From the sequence record DRR723986_7113: DNA of 43,905 nucleotides; one strand, given 5' to 3'. The notes under the pieces are model-generated. The model made no database searches. It worked only from the letters and a program-made list of their open reading frames with translations, and was not told the origin of the DNA. Position numbers and translations under genes: made by a program. Of this stretch, positions 17,846 through 26,551 are shown piece by piece (within the stretch, counting starts at the first letter, position 1; the number at the start of each line of letters is the position of its first letter).

Positions 17846-18543
17846 ACCGCAACCGCTGTTAAGTGGCACAACTTCAGCCCACAACAGCTCCGCAACCGCA
17901 TGAAGCGATTGTCCGGTTTAAGTTTGCAGCTTTTTGCGGTTTAACACCTAATCATGATTCCCGCCAGTCAATCGAGACCACACGAATTGCCTCACATTTC
18001 CCCTCCGGCACGTTGGAACTTTCAGCACGCAGATTCCTTAGATCAGCGTCTTTTGGCATGTATTCTCAGGCAAATAATCTCTAAACTTTGGGAATTGGCT
18101 TGCACCGCCGCGCCGCATTCGTACTGGGTTTGCTGGTTTTGCGGCTAGCTTTTTCTTTTTGTTAAGCTCTGTGCTGCAAAGCTCAATTAATTGAACCTCG
18201 GAGTCTTTTTGCCTCAAGAATTTCAGTTAAACAACTTCAAGTACAGACTAAAGAGACAGGAGACGAAGAATTAATTTCATTTGAGTGTAATGGCTCTGAG
18301 AGTTGAGGCAAGACTACAATTCTATCTTGAGGCTATGGACTGAGCGGCCGGCGACAAAAAGGATTAAAACACGGGGGCTTAGGGCTGTAGATATAGTGGC
18401 TAACAAGAGGAAAAAGCAAGCCGAAGGAAGAAATGCAATGAATGACGCAGGGCGAAGCATCTGGATTTTGCTTAGGAAAAAAACAAAAACTATAATGCTG
18501 AAGGCTAAACCTAATGCGGTGGAATAGAAGCGGCTAATGCGGA
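17846..18543 (+). ncRNA. Candidate large structured non-coding RNA (95-nt hairpin plus ~540-nt rod-like fold-back)
   Basis: Collinear nested helices found by eye, e.g. 18142-18168/18398-18423, 18211-18219/18325-18333, 18063-18080/18463-18478, 18043-18049/18495-18501; many non-Watson-Crick positions are G-U on the + strand. Confidence 0.5.
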
Positions 18544-18580
18544 AGCCGCGAACATCAGCGCGTGGGCAGATGCAGTGACG

Positions 18581-19015
18581 TCAGTCTTTGATGGATTTGA
18601 TGAGCTTGAGAATGTTAAATGGGCGTTCTGCGCCGGCGGGAAGGTATTCGATTTTATCAACAACACGCCGTATCAGGCTGATGCCCAGGCCACCGTGACG
18701 GAAGCTTTCGAAGTATTCCTTCATGTTTGGCGTGCTGATTGTCATGGGGTCAAATGCGTCGCCGCTATCGGAAATTTCGATGATCAGTTTGCTGTCATTA
18801 AACTCGATTGTGACGCAAAATTCGCGGTGGTTATCGTGTTTGTATGCGTGGCGGATGACGTTGGAACAGGCTTCGTCCACGGCCAGAGTGATGTTGTACA
18901 CTCCCTGTTCGCCAAAACCGGATTGACGGGCACGCGCTTCCACAAAAGCACGTACGCGATGCAATTCGGCGGTATTGCCGGGGACACAGATGCGATTTGG
19001 ATGAGGTGCGGCCAT
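18581..19015 (-). CDS. rsbW: Anti-sigma factor / Ser kinase RsbW-like (HATPase_c)
   Basis: LAVDEACSNVIRHAY, ISDSGDAFDP, GGLGISLIRRVVD; follows a STAS gene; ATG 19015 preferred. Confidence 0.85.
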   Translation of the reverse strand: MAAPHPNRICVPGNTAELHRVRAFVEARARQSGFGEQGVYNITLAVDEACSNVIRHAYKHDNHREFCVTIEFNDSKLIIEISDSGDAFDPMTISTPNMKEYFESFRHGGLGISLIRRVVDKIEYLPAGAERPFNILKLIKSIKD

Positions 19016-19019
19016 GTTT

Positions 19020-19439
19020 TTACTGCGGGTCCCGCCGAATCTCACTGGAATCTTTCATATCATTTTCCGCATCGGAGGCGGATTCATCAGTGTTGAGCTC
19101 AAATCGTTCGACGGCGGCGGTTTCAGTATCGAGGATGTCAAACAACATCGGAAAACCGAGCAGATCAAAGACTGTAAAGACTTTGGGTTTCATCTGCACA
19201 AGTTTGATGTCACCCGCATTGCTGCGAATTTCCTCAATAAAGACCATAAAAACGCCAAGGCCGGCGCTACTGATGTAGTCCAGCTCGTCAAAATTGACGA
19301 TTAACTTGTAGTAGCCGTCATTGATTAAGCTTTCCAGTCGGCTTTCCAGTTCGGGAGCCGTGTGAGCATCAAGGAAGCCCTTAATGTCCAGGACGTGTGC
19401 CTTTTTGTGGCTCCGAACGTGAATTGCAAAAGTACTCAT
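19020..19439 (-). CDS. rsbV: Anti-sigma factor antagonist RsbV-like (STAS domain)
   Basis: GFLDAHTAPEL, LDYISSAGLG phospho-Ser motif, VFDLLGF; ATG 19439 preferred. Confidence 0.88.
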   Translation of the reverse strand: MSTFAIHVRSHKKAHVLDIKGFLDAHTAPELESRLESLINDGYYKLIVNFDELDYISSAGLGVFMVFIEEIRSNAGDIKLVQMKPKVFTVFDLLGFPMLFDILDTETAAVERFELNTDESASDAENDMKDSSEIRRDPQ

Positions 19440-19516
19440 ACTAGCAGCCTGATCGAGATTATGTCCTAAGAACCCATGTCTCTGGGTGCGAAACCGCAAT
19501 ATACGGTCGCACTGCT

Positions 19517-21679
19517 TTAATTCACAACCACATCGGCTTCAATCCGCTGGCCGGGAGCATTTTGTGCTGCTCCATCACCAAAAATCATCGTGACGACTGT
19601 TACATCATCGTGTTGGGCAACTTCGCCACCGAACTCGGCCACGAGCCGAACAATTTGTCCCAGGAGACCTTCCGCACCGCCACTTTCGTGGTCGCGCAAG
19701 AGCTGTTCCAGGCGTTCGAAGCCAAGTTCTTCATCGGCAGAATTGTGGACTTCGTTGACTCCGTCAGTATACAACAGAACTTTATCGCCCTGATTAACTT
19801 GCAGCGTAAGATCTTCGAGAGCCTTATCGAATACAGCGCCACCAACAAGGCCAATTCCCAGGCCCTTGGGCGTGTAAGTCCGAATCTGGCCGCTCTGCTG
19901 AATCAGGAGCGGCGTATGGCCTGCGCGTACTACACTCAGCTCGGACGTGACGGTGTCGTAGGCCACAGCGATCATGGTTATGAATGATCGTTTTTCCATG
20001 GAGCCATGCACGGCTTTATTGACTTTGCAGACCAGTTCATGCGGCGAGTGACATTCGCCGGCGAGGGCGAGGACAATACCTTTGATCTCGGCCATGTAGA
20101 ATGCTGCTGAAATCCCTTTGCCGGACACATCGGCCACAACGGCACAGAGGCGGTCGTCAGCCAGGCGGACGAAGTCATAGTAGTCGCCACCGACCTCGTA
20201 GGCCGGCGAGGAATAGGCTGCGATGTCGAGCCCCTGGATGCGCGGCACACGTTCCGGCAGCAATTTGCGCTGGACATCATGGGCAACGCGCATCTGACTT
20301 TTGTAGCGCTCGGACTTCATCGACTTTTCAAAGAGGTAGGCATTTTCGATTGCAATGCTGACGGTGTCGGCGAATGCAGTCAGAAGTGCAACATCTTCGT
20401 GTTCAAAGACAAATTCCTGGGGATGCCCGGCGAAGAGTGCCCCAACGATTTTGCGATCGCGCATCAGCGGGGCGACCATCATTGAGCGGACGGGCGGCAC
20501 GCTGCCCAGCTCTAATTCTTCGAGGCCCGACTTCTTGACGAGGTCATCGGCCTGGAAAAAATAGTTTTCGGATTCCAGGAATCGTTGTAGATGTCCACCT
20601 GAATAGAGGCGTTTGAGCGCGGTCTTTTTGATTCCGAGCGCAAAACTGATTTCTTTTTTGCCGTCGATGCGTTCAATCCAAACGGCCTGAGCATCACAGA
20701 CATCACGAACCATAATGGCCACGGAGCGCATTAACTCGGCAGAATCGTTCACGTGTGTGATGTTTCGACTCAAAGTGGAAAGCGCGCGCACTTCGTGCAA
20801 GCGGCGGTCCATTACACCGGCAGTCGGCAAAGCCAATAGGAGTACAATGCAAATGCGTGCATAGTTGATGCAGACCAGAGCAAAAAATAAGATTGTAAGA
20901 ACATCCGATCCGGGCAGGACGCGGCGCAAGACAACACTGACGTCAGTAATGTCCGTGGCTACAAGCACAACCACAAAGGCTGAGAGCCCTGAGGCCAGGA
21001 ACGCAACTGCGAACCCCTTATACTTTTCACTTTTGCTGAGTGAGTTCAACCATGCCCGGCGCCAGCCTGAGAATAAGGTGGCAAGCAAGATAATTGCGAT
21101 CAGGTTCGCGGCGATGACGCCGATACCGCCAGAATTGGCGGAACGGACAACTTCAATCAGCATAACAAGAGCGGAGCCACCGAAAATAATCGCGCGAACG
21201 CGGCGCGTGTATTTGTGTGGTCGCAGTTGTGCGAGGCGGTCCAGCCAGTAGAGGTGCCGCAAGGCCAGAAGAAACATTGGTACGCCAAACAAGGTAGCCA
21301 TCAGGCTGATGCCCAGCCCCGCTGCCAGCTGACTGGATATCTCAACAAAGCTGAGAACGAGGATCAGAGCAATCGTGCCTACCGAGCCCAGGACTGCGTA
21401 TGAGCCCGCACGGCGGAATGTATCGGCAGGGTTAGATTTGTTCGCTACAGTAGTCTGAGGAAGGCGTACGAGAAGCGCAAGGCCGGCAAGAGACAGAAGT
21501 GTAATGAGTGTGATCAGGGCATGGACAGATTGTTCAGCGGTGCTGAGACGCACAGAAGAGTCACCGTGCGCAAGGAAAAACACCTGCAAAGCAACGATCC
21601 CAGCGCCGGCGAGGGCCAAAAAAACTGCCAGGCGTAACCTGGGGCGTTGAAAAACCTGCCTGATCGACTGTTGCTTCAT
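19517..21679 (-). CDS. rsbU: Multi-TM, GAF and SpoIIE/PP2C phosphatase (RsbU-like)
   Basis: About 8 hydrophobic segments, GAF region, VGGDYYD, ADVSGKG, RAGH, LYTDGV, DDVT motifs; upstream of rsbV-rsbW. Confidence 0.85.
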   Translation of the reverse strand: MKQQSIRQVFQRPRLRLAVFLALAGAGIVALQVFFLAHGDSSVRLSTAEQSVHALITLITLLSLAGLALLVRLPQTTVANKSNPADTFRRAGSYAVLGSVGTIALILVLSFVEISSQLAAGLGISLMATLFGVPMFLLALRHLYWLDRLAQLRPHKYTRRVRAIIFGGSALVMLIEVVRSANSGGIGVIAANLIAIILLATLFSGWRRAWLNSLSKSEKYKGFAVAFLASGLSAFVVVLVATDITDVSVVLRRVLPGSDVLTILFFALVCINYARICIVLLLALPTAGVMDRRLHEVRALSTLSRNITHVNDSAELMRSVAIMVRDVCDAQAVWIERIDGKKEISFALGIKKTALKRLYSGGHLQRFLESENYFFQADDLVKKSGLEELELGSVPPVRSMMVAPLMRDRKIVGALFAGHPQEFVFEHEDVALLTAFADTVSIAIENAYLFEKSMKSERYKSQMRVAHDVQRKLLPERVPRIQGLDIAAYSSPAYEVGGDYYDFVRLADDRLCAVVADVSGKGISAAFYMAEIKGIVLALAGECHSPHELVCKVNKAVHGSMEKRSFITMIAVAYDTVTSELSVVRAGHTPLLIQQSGQIRTYTPKGLGIGLVGGAVFDKALEDLTLQVNQGDKVLLYTDGVNEVHNSADEELGFERLEQLLRDHESGGAEGLLGQIVRLVAEFGGEVAQHDDVTVVTMIFGDGAAQNAPGQRIEADVVVN

Positions 21680-21870
21680 TAAGTGGACTCACGACAATAC
21701 GCTGTATATTCAGCAACAACACTACGGTCGTTAGCTCCGAAAGTTCCAGCATGGATCGATGATTTAATTCAGCAACACAATAGCCGGGCAGGAATAGTGT
21801 TCTGCCCGGCATTGGAAGTTCTTTTTGGCAGGCTACAATGCCCCTGTCAAAACCAAAATCTGGCGCGAGC

Positions 21871-22458
21871 CTAGTTTACAACAACGCTGGTAGCAACAAT
21901 GGCGTATTCGGTTTGATCTCCAACGATGCCGGCAATTTCTTCGGAACTTGCACCTGCATCTTCGGCATAGTGGCGCGCTTCATCCTGGGTCAGAATTGTG
22001 GATTGCAGCACACCTTCAACCGTAACTTCGGATCCGGATAGATCCAATGGGACAAAAAAGCCATAGTCTTTGAAGGTGACGCGGACTTCGTCGGCGCCTT
22101 CGCGCAACATCATCCAGCAGCCTTTCTTCTGGCAGACGTCTACGACTTCACCACGAACACGGATTATTTCTTCGCCGGTACTTGTGTGATCGATGGCTTC
22201 GCGCAATCCGACCGGATCACTTTCCAGTTGAGGGGCTGCCCCAAAGACGCTACCGGATTCGCTCTGGGCGGTTTGTGGCATCGCATGCACTTCTTCTGAA
22301 GCATTGGATGTTTGTTCCTGTGCCGTAGCGTCACCATTGGCAGCAATCGTGGCCGCTTCTTCTTCAACTGCAGCGTCATCGTAGACTTTACTGCCGCAGG
22401 CTTGTATTCCGAGCAGCAAAGCCACTCCGATCAGCAAGAATGTATTCATGTTTTTCAC
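21871..22458 (-). CDS. DUF4920-like lipoprotein
   Basis: Lipobox IQAC; GEVVDVCQKKGCWM, VTFKDYGFFVP, ARHYAEDAG motifs. Confidence 0.8.
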   Translation of the reverse strand: MKNMNTFLLIGVALLLGIQACGSKVYDDAAVEEEAATIAANGDATAQEQTSNASEEVHAMPQTAQSESGSVFGAAPQLESDPVGLREAIDHTSTGEEIIRVRGEVVDVCQKKGCWMMLREGADEVRVTFKDYGFFVPLDLSGSEVTVEGVLQSTILTQDEARHYAEDAGASSEEIAGIVGDQTEYAIVATSVVVN

Positions 22459-22533
22459 TACACGCTCCGTACAATTGTGTGGATGTGAGGGTTTTGTGTC
22501 TGCGTTTGCTCCATTGCAACTAACGATGGCGCC

Positions 22534-24762
22534 TCAAATTAAGGCGCTTCCGCCGGCTTGCTCAGAAATTTCGCGACTGGGTAAGTTAATCGAGACAACG
22601 ATATTTTCCTCATCCAAAGCATCAACAACGATAAGCCCCTGGAACATGCGAATGCGAGAGGCACTGGTAGCCAGGCGGAAGATGATATCATCTTCATCGT
22701 TTTGTAGATGCTCTATCAGAGAGACATCAGTCGCGTTTTTGTACAGTTCGAGCATTCTGAGCGTGGCAGTAGTAGCTTTGATTAACATCTGAATTTCTGC
22801 GATGTCTTCAAAGGTATTTACTTCTACCAGAATTTGCGCAACGATTTTTTCTCTACCGGCTGACGTGGCCTGAATCAGATCGTTCAGAATCTGATCAAAA
22901 GATTCACGGTTCACGCGCATGGCAAAAGAATCACTGATGGCGTCATCAAGAATTATCTCGACTGGCCGCTGACTTTCTTTGCGAATGCGGTCTACCGTAT
23001 CCTCAAACGTCGAACGAATCGGCAGACGTTGTAGCTCCGGAAGTTGCGAGAGACCGCGGTGCTCAACGCGCGCAACATCCAATAGGTCGTCCACGCGGGT
23101 GAGCAAATCTTCTGAGCTGCGTTTGGCGACTTTTGAGAATTCTTCACGTTGCGATTCATCGGCATACATTTTTTCCGAAATCATCTGCAGATATCCCACG
23201 ATACTGGTCAATGAGTTGCGGAAGTAGTAGCTGACATCGCGCATGAACTGCATTTGATACAGCTCAGACTCAACGGCGAACTGACGCGCGAGTTCAACCT
23301 GACGCCCCTGAATCGCCAGCTGGCGTTCAGCGACTTTGCGTTCGGTTATGTCGCGACCAGTCGAGTATACAAGGCTATCGGTTCGCGATACTGTGCTGTT
23401 CCAGCTAATCCAGCGGATGTCGCCATTTTTACTGGTCATCCGAACTTCCAGATGGACGCGTTCTTCGTCCTTAGCCGCGCCGATAACAGACTTCATGTGT
23501 TCGCGATCTTCGTCAACGACGTAACCAAAGACATTGGATCCAACGAACTCATCTTGCGAGTAGCCGAGAATATCACCCAGAGCACGGTTGATACCTTTCC
23601 AATCGCCATCCAGGTCGTAGACACCAATCATATCTTTTGATGAGTCAACGACGCGGCGTTGGGCTCTCGTCATGCGGTCGGCCAAATCAAGGGCGCGCGC
23701 CTGGCTGGTTCGGATTGAGATCACGAACAAGAACAGGAGAATACTTGAGACCAAGGCTCCTGCCAACGACAGGAGTGGTAAGTTGTTTTGGAATGAGCCA
23801 CCGAAGTTCGGCACTGTTCTGATCCGAACGATAATATCGCGATCGGCGATTTTGAGGGTTTTATCTTCGTGGAAAAGTGGCTCGTAGTCAGACCCGATTG
23901 CTTCGTAGTTTGCGGATCTGAAGACGGTTAGTTCAGAGCCATCGGCCTGGCGATCCACACATTCGAATACTACAGTCGTGTCGGTCGCCACACCTTCACC
24001 GATAGCATTGGTAAACAGCTCTTTGGCCAGGACTTCAATAAAAATATTCCCGGTCACGTTGAGTGAGCGCAGGCCAGAAGACGAAGCAGCGCTTTCGGTG
24101 CTGCTCACGTAGGACGTCATGATAAAACCAAGCGAGTCGGGTCCGCGCAGCTCATAGAATGGAGTGGCTGCAATCGTCTTGTTATCGCGAGCATTTTTGA
24201 GCGTCTTTGCCAGACTGGGATCCGACGACATGTCAAATCCCTGCAAAGCAGCCTTATTACGCTCCAGTGGAACGAGGTAGAAGACGGGATACAGAATGTC
24301 ACGCCCTGTTTCACCTTCTTCAAGCTGCGGGTGAAATCTGTAATCGAAATAACGTTCTGAGCGAGCGTAATGCAAAAATTCCGGCAGGCTTTCGCGTGGA
24401 ATATCCGGCGCAAACCCAATACTCTGGATCGAGTTGTATGAGCGCGGGCCGATGCTTCCATAGAGTTCAAACACATCGCGAACTACAAAGGGATAGATTT
24501 CGTAGAGCGACTGCATTGATTTGACGATATTTTCCTTTTCGACTACCGAAGCCACGAAGCGTGATTCAATTGCTGTTGCGGCCTTTTCAAACGCTTCGCG
24601 GTTATCGTTCTTTACAGTGCCATCCGTAAAGGTATAGATGAGAAAACTCGCGGCCAAAGCAATAACAAGTACGATCAATGCAGGATATGACCTGCGCAGA
24701 TTGTACGGAGATACAGTCTTTCGCGACGCTTCCCGGAGAGCGGCTTCAAACGTGTTTTCCAT
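22534..24762 (-). CDS. CHASE-PAS membrane sensor with degenerate HisKA/HATPase core (pseudokinase)
   Basis: Two TM helices flanking a CHASE-like domain (PLERNKAALQGFDM); PAS/PAC (GYSQDEFVG, KNGDIRW, GRDITERK); H-box reads VSYYFRNSL; no G1/G2 boxes. Confidence 0.75.
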   Translation of the reverse strand: MENTFEAALREASRKTVSPYNLRRSYPALIVLVIALAASFLIYTFTDGTVKNDNREAFEKAATAIESRFVASVVEKENIVKSMQSLYEIYPFVVRDVFELYGSIGPRSYNSIQSIGFAPDIPRESLPEFLHYARSERYFDYRFHPQLEEGETGRDILYPVFYLVPLERNKAALQGFDMSSDPSLAKTLKNARDNKTIAATPFYELRGPDSLGFIMTSYVSSTESAASSSGLRSLNVTGNIFIEVLAKELFTNAIGEGVATDTTVVFECVDRQADGSELTVFRSANYEAIGSDYEPLFHEDKTLKIADRDIIVRIRTVPNFGGSFQNNLPLLSLAGALVSSILLFLFVISIRTSQARALDLADRMTRAQRRVVDSSKDMIGVYDLDGDWKGINRALGDILGYSQDEFVGSNVFGYVVDEDREHMKSVIGAAKDEERVHLEVRMTSKNGDIRWISWNSTVSRTDSLVYSTGRDITERKVAERQLAIQGRQVELARQFAVESELYQMQFMRDVSYYFRNSLTSIVGYLQMISEKMYADESQREEFSKVAKRSSEDLLTRVDDLLDVARVEHRGLSQLPELQRLPIRSTFEDTVDRIRKESQRPVEIILDDAISDSFAMRVNRESFDQILNDLIQATSAGREKIVAQILVEVNTFEDIAEIQMLIKATTATLRMLELYKNATDVSLIEHLQNDEDDIIFRLATSASRIRMFQGLIVVDALDEENIVVSINLPSREISEQAGGSALI

Positions 24763-24821
24763 AGTTCACACCAGAAACAGATTTTAGACCCGACGCATTA
24801 CGCGTTGTATAGCGCGGCAAT

Positions 24822-25208
24822 TCACGACTGTTGATAAATGTCGATGATATCCTGAACAAAAGATGTCGGATTGATCGGTTTAGGCATGTACCCGTCAAAT
24901 CCTTGCTGAAGAATCCGTTCGCGGTCACCCGAATTGGCAACAGCGGTTAGAGCAATCACTTTGGCCGTGGCATTATGCGGATACGTACGTAGAATTCGCA
25001 GTATCTCGCCCCCCTCCAAATCAGGCAAAATGATATCACACAGAACTATGTCAGCCGGAACATTTTTAAGAACGTCCAAAGCCTCCCGTCCATTCCGGCA
25101 CGAATGAATACTGGCATTATGACGTTTTAACAACAGAATGAACAGATCGCGAATTACGTCGTTATCTTCGATAACCACAACGTTCTTGCCTGCCAACAAC
25201 TCACTCAT
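24822..25208 (-). CDS. Single-domain (CheY-like) response regulator
   Basis: IEDN, LCDIILPD phospho-Asp, IALTA, GFDGYMPKPI. Confidence 0.9.
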   Translation of the reverse strand: MSELLAGKNVVVIEDNDVIRDLFILLLKRHNASIHSCRNGREALDVLKNVPADIVLCDIILPDLEGGEILRILRTYPHNATAKVIALTAVANSGDRERILQQGFDGYMPKPINPTSFVQDIIDIYQQS

Positions 25209-25447
25209 GTTTTTCAGACTCCTGCTATGTTGATACTACGGCGATAGTGCGGTAATCCACGAGATGTTGGTAGCGCAGCACGGCTTAAAATGACCTACGC
25301 ATCACCGGTCAATAGCACCGCTCCCGGCAGGCGATGCGACTGTAGGAATCGCAAAGTTTACGAAAACTTCCCTTATTGGCAAAAACTGACTTATATTTGG
25401 CTTTTTGCATCGAAAATGATAATAATCGATACTTGGTTAACCCAAAT

Positions 25448-26398
25448 ATGCGCAGTTTTCAGCCCGACGAACTTCCTCAAATGGAAGTGTTCAAAACTCT
25501 CTTGAGCGGAGTTGCTCCGCGGCCAATTGCACTGGTCGCAACCCAGGACACACAAGGCCTGCTGAATCTTTCCCCTTTTAGTTTTTTCAATGCGTTCGGC
25601 TCAAATCCACCGGTTGTTGCCTTTAGTCCGTCGTACCGCGGACGCGACGGAAGTAGTAAAGATACATTCAAAAATTTGCTTGCCACAGGTGAATGTACGA
25701 TCTCGGCTGTCAATCACGCAATTGTTGAGCAGATTTCGCTGGCTTCCAGCGATTACGCGGCCGATATCAACGAGTTTGATAAGGCCGGCCTGACTCCCCT
25801 GCCAAGTCAGAATGTACAGCCACCAGGAGTTGCTGAGTCTCCGTTTGTACTGGAGTGCAAACTCCTGCAGCACGTCGATACGGGCGGCAAACCCGGTGCC
25901 GGCAATTTGATGATCTGCCGCGTGGAGCGCTTCCACGTTGCTGAATCAGCGTATGCCAGTGATGGAAGATTAGACCCACGCAGACTGGACCTAGTGGCTC
26001 GCATGGGTTACGATTACTACTGCCGTGCCAACGGTGATGCAATTTTTGAGCTGCCCAAACCACGCTGGAATGGGGTGGGCATTGATGCCCTACCAGAGCA
26101 CATTCGCAGCAGCAGTATCCTGAGTGGCAACCATCTTGGCATGCTGGCTGGAGTGGTTGAGATTCCGGCAGCAGTCGAAACCTTTCCCACTACAGATTCC
26201 AGTAATACCGCTGTAAAATCTGACGACATCAAAACTGAGCTACGTGCCGGAGACCCCATGCGTGCTTTGCGCGCCTTCATCAGTCGCAGGAAAGAATTTG
26301 CTGCAGAGCAACAGAAAGAAATTTTGCACAGTGTGGCCAAGGCATTTCTGGATCAACGCAAAGTAGACGAGGCCTGGCAGACTCTGCTCCTAAACTAG
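25448..26398 (+). CDS. Flavin reductase-like (DIM6/NTAB) FMN-binding protein with C-terminal extension
   Basis: APRPIALV, NLSPFSFFNAF, KDTFKN, ESPFVLEC, VARMGYDYY; ATG 25448 preferred. Confidence 0.85.
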   Translation: MRSFQPDELPQMEVFKTLLSGVAPRPIALVATQDTQGLLNLSPFSFFNAFGSNPPVVAFSPSYRGRDGSSKDTFKNLLATGECTISAVNHAIVEQISLASSDYAADINEFDKAGLTPLPSQNVQPPGVAESPFVLECKLLQHVDTGGKPGAGNLMICRVERFHVAESAYASDGRLDPRRLDLVARMGYDYYCRANGDAIFELPKPRWNGVGIDALPEHIRSSSILSGNHLGMLAGVVEIPAAVETFPTTDSSNTAVKSDDIKTELRAGDPMRALRAFISRRKEFAAEQQKEILHSVAKAFLDQRKVDEAWQTLLLN

Positions 26399-26551
26399 CT
26401 CAAAGCCAAAAATGGCAGCCGCTTAACACAAGGCTTTTTACCCGGGTGGAGTCAGGCGCTTTGAGAGTAAGGGCTGCGAATCTGGCTATTAGTGTGCCCA
26501 GAACGCCTGCGCAGTGATCAGCAGAGAAGCCGGGTGCATTGATTCAGATTG

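Noticed and set aside
17717-18527. Short ORFs of 64-75 aa in the gap
   Set aside because: No convincing RBS or recognisable domains, mutually overlapping; better explained as non-coding structured sequence
17846-18543. tmRNA, RNase P, SRP or tRNA
   Set aside because: No tRNA-like ends or RNase P P4 motif seen on either strand; size and rod shape do not fit. A 6S-like identity still needs a covariance-model search
18575-19096. 173-aa + strand ORF
   Set aside because: Antisense shadow of rsbW
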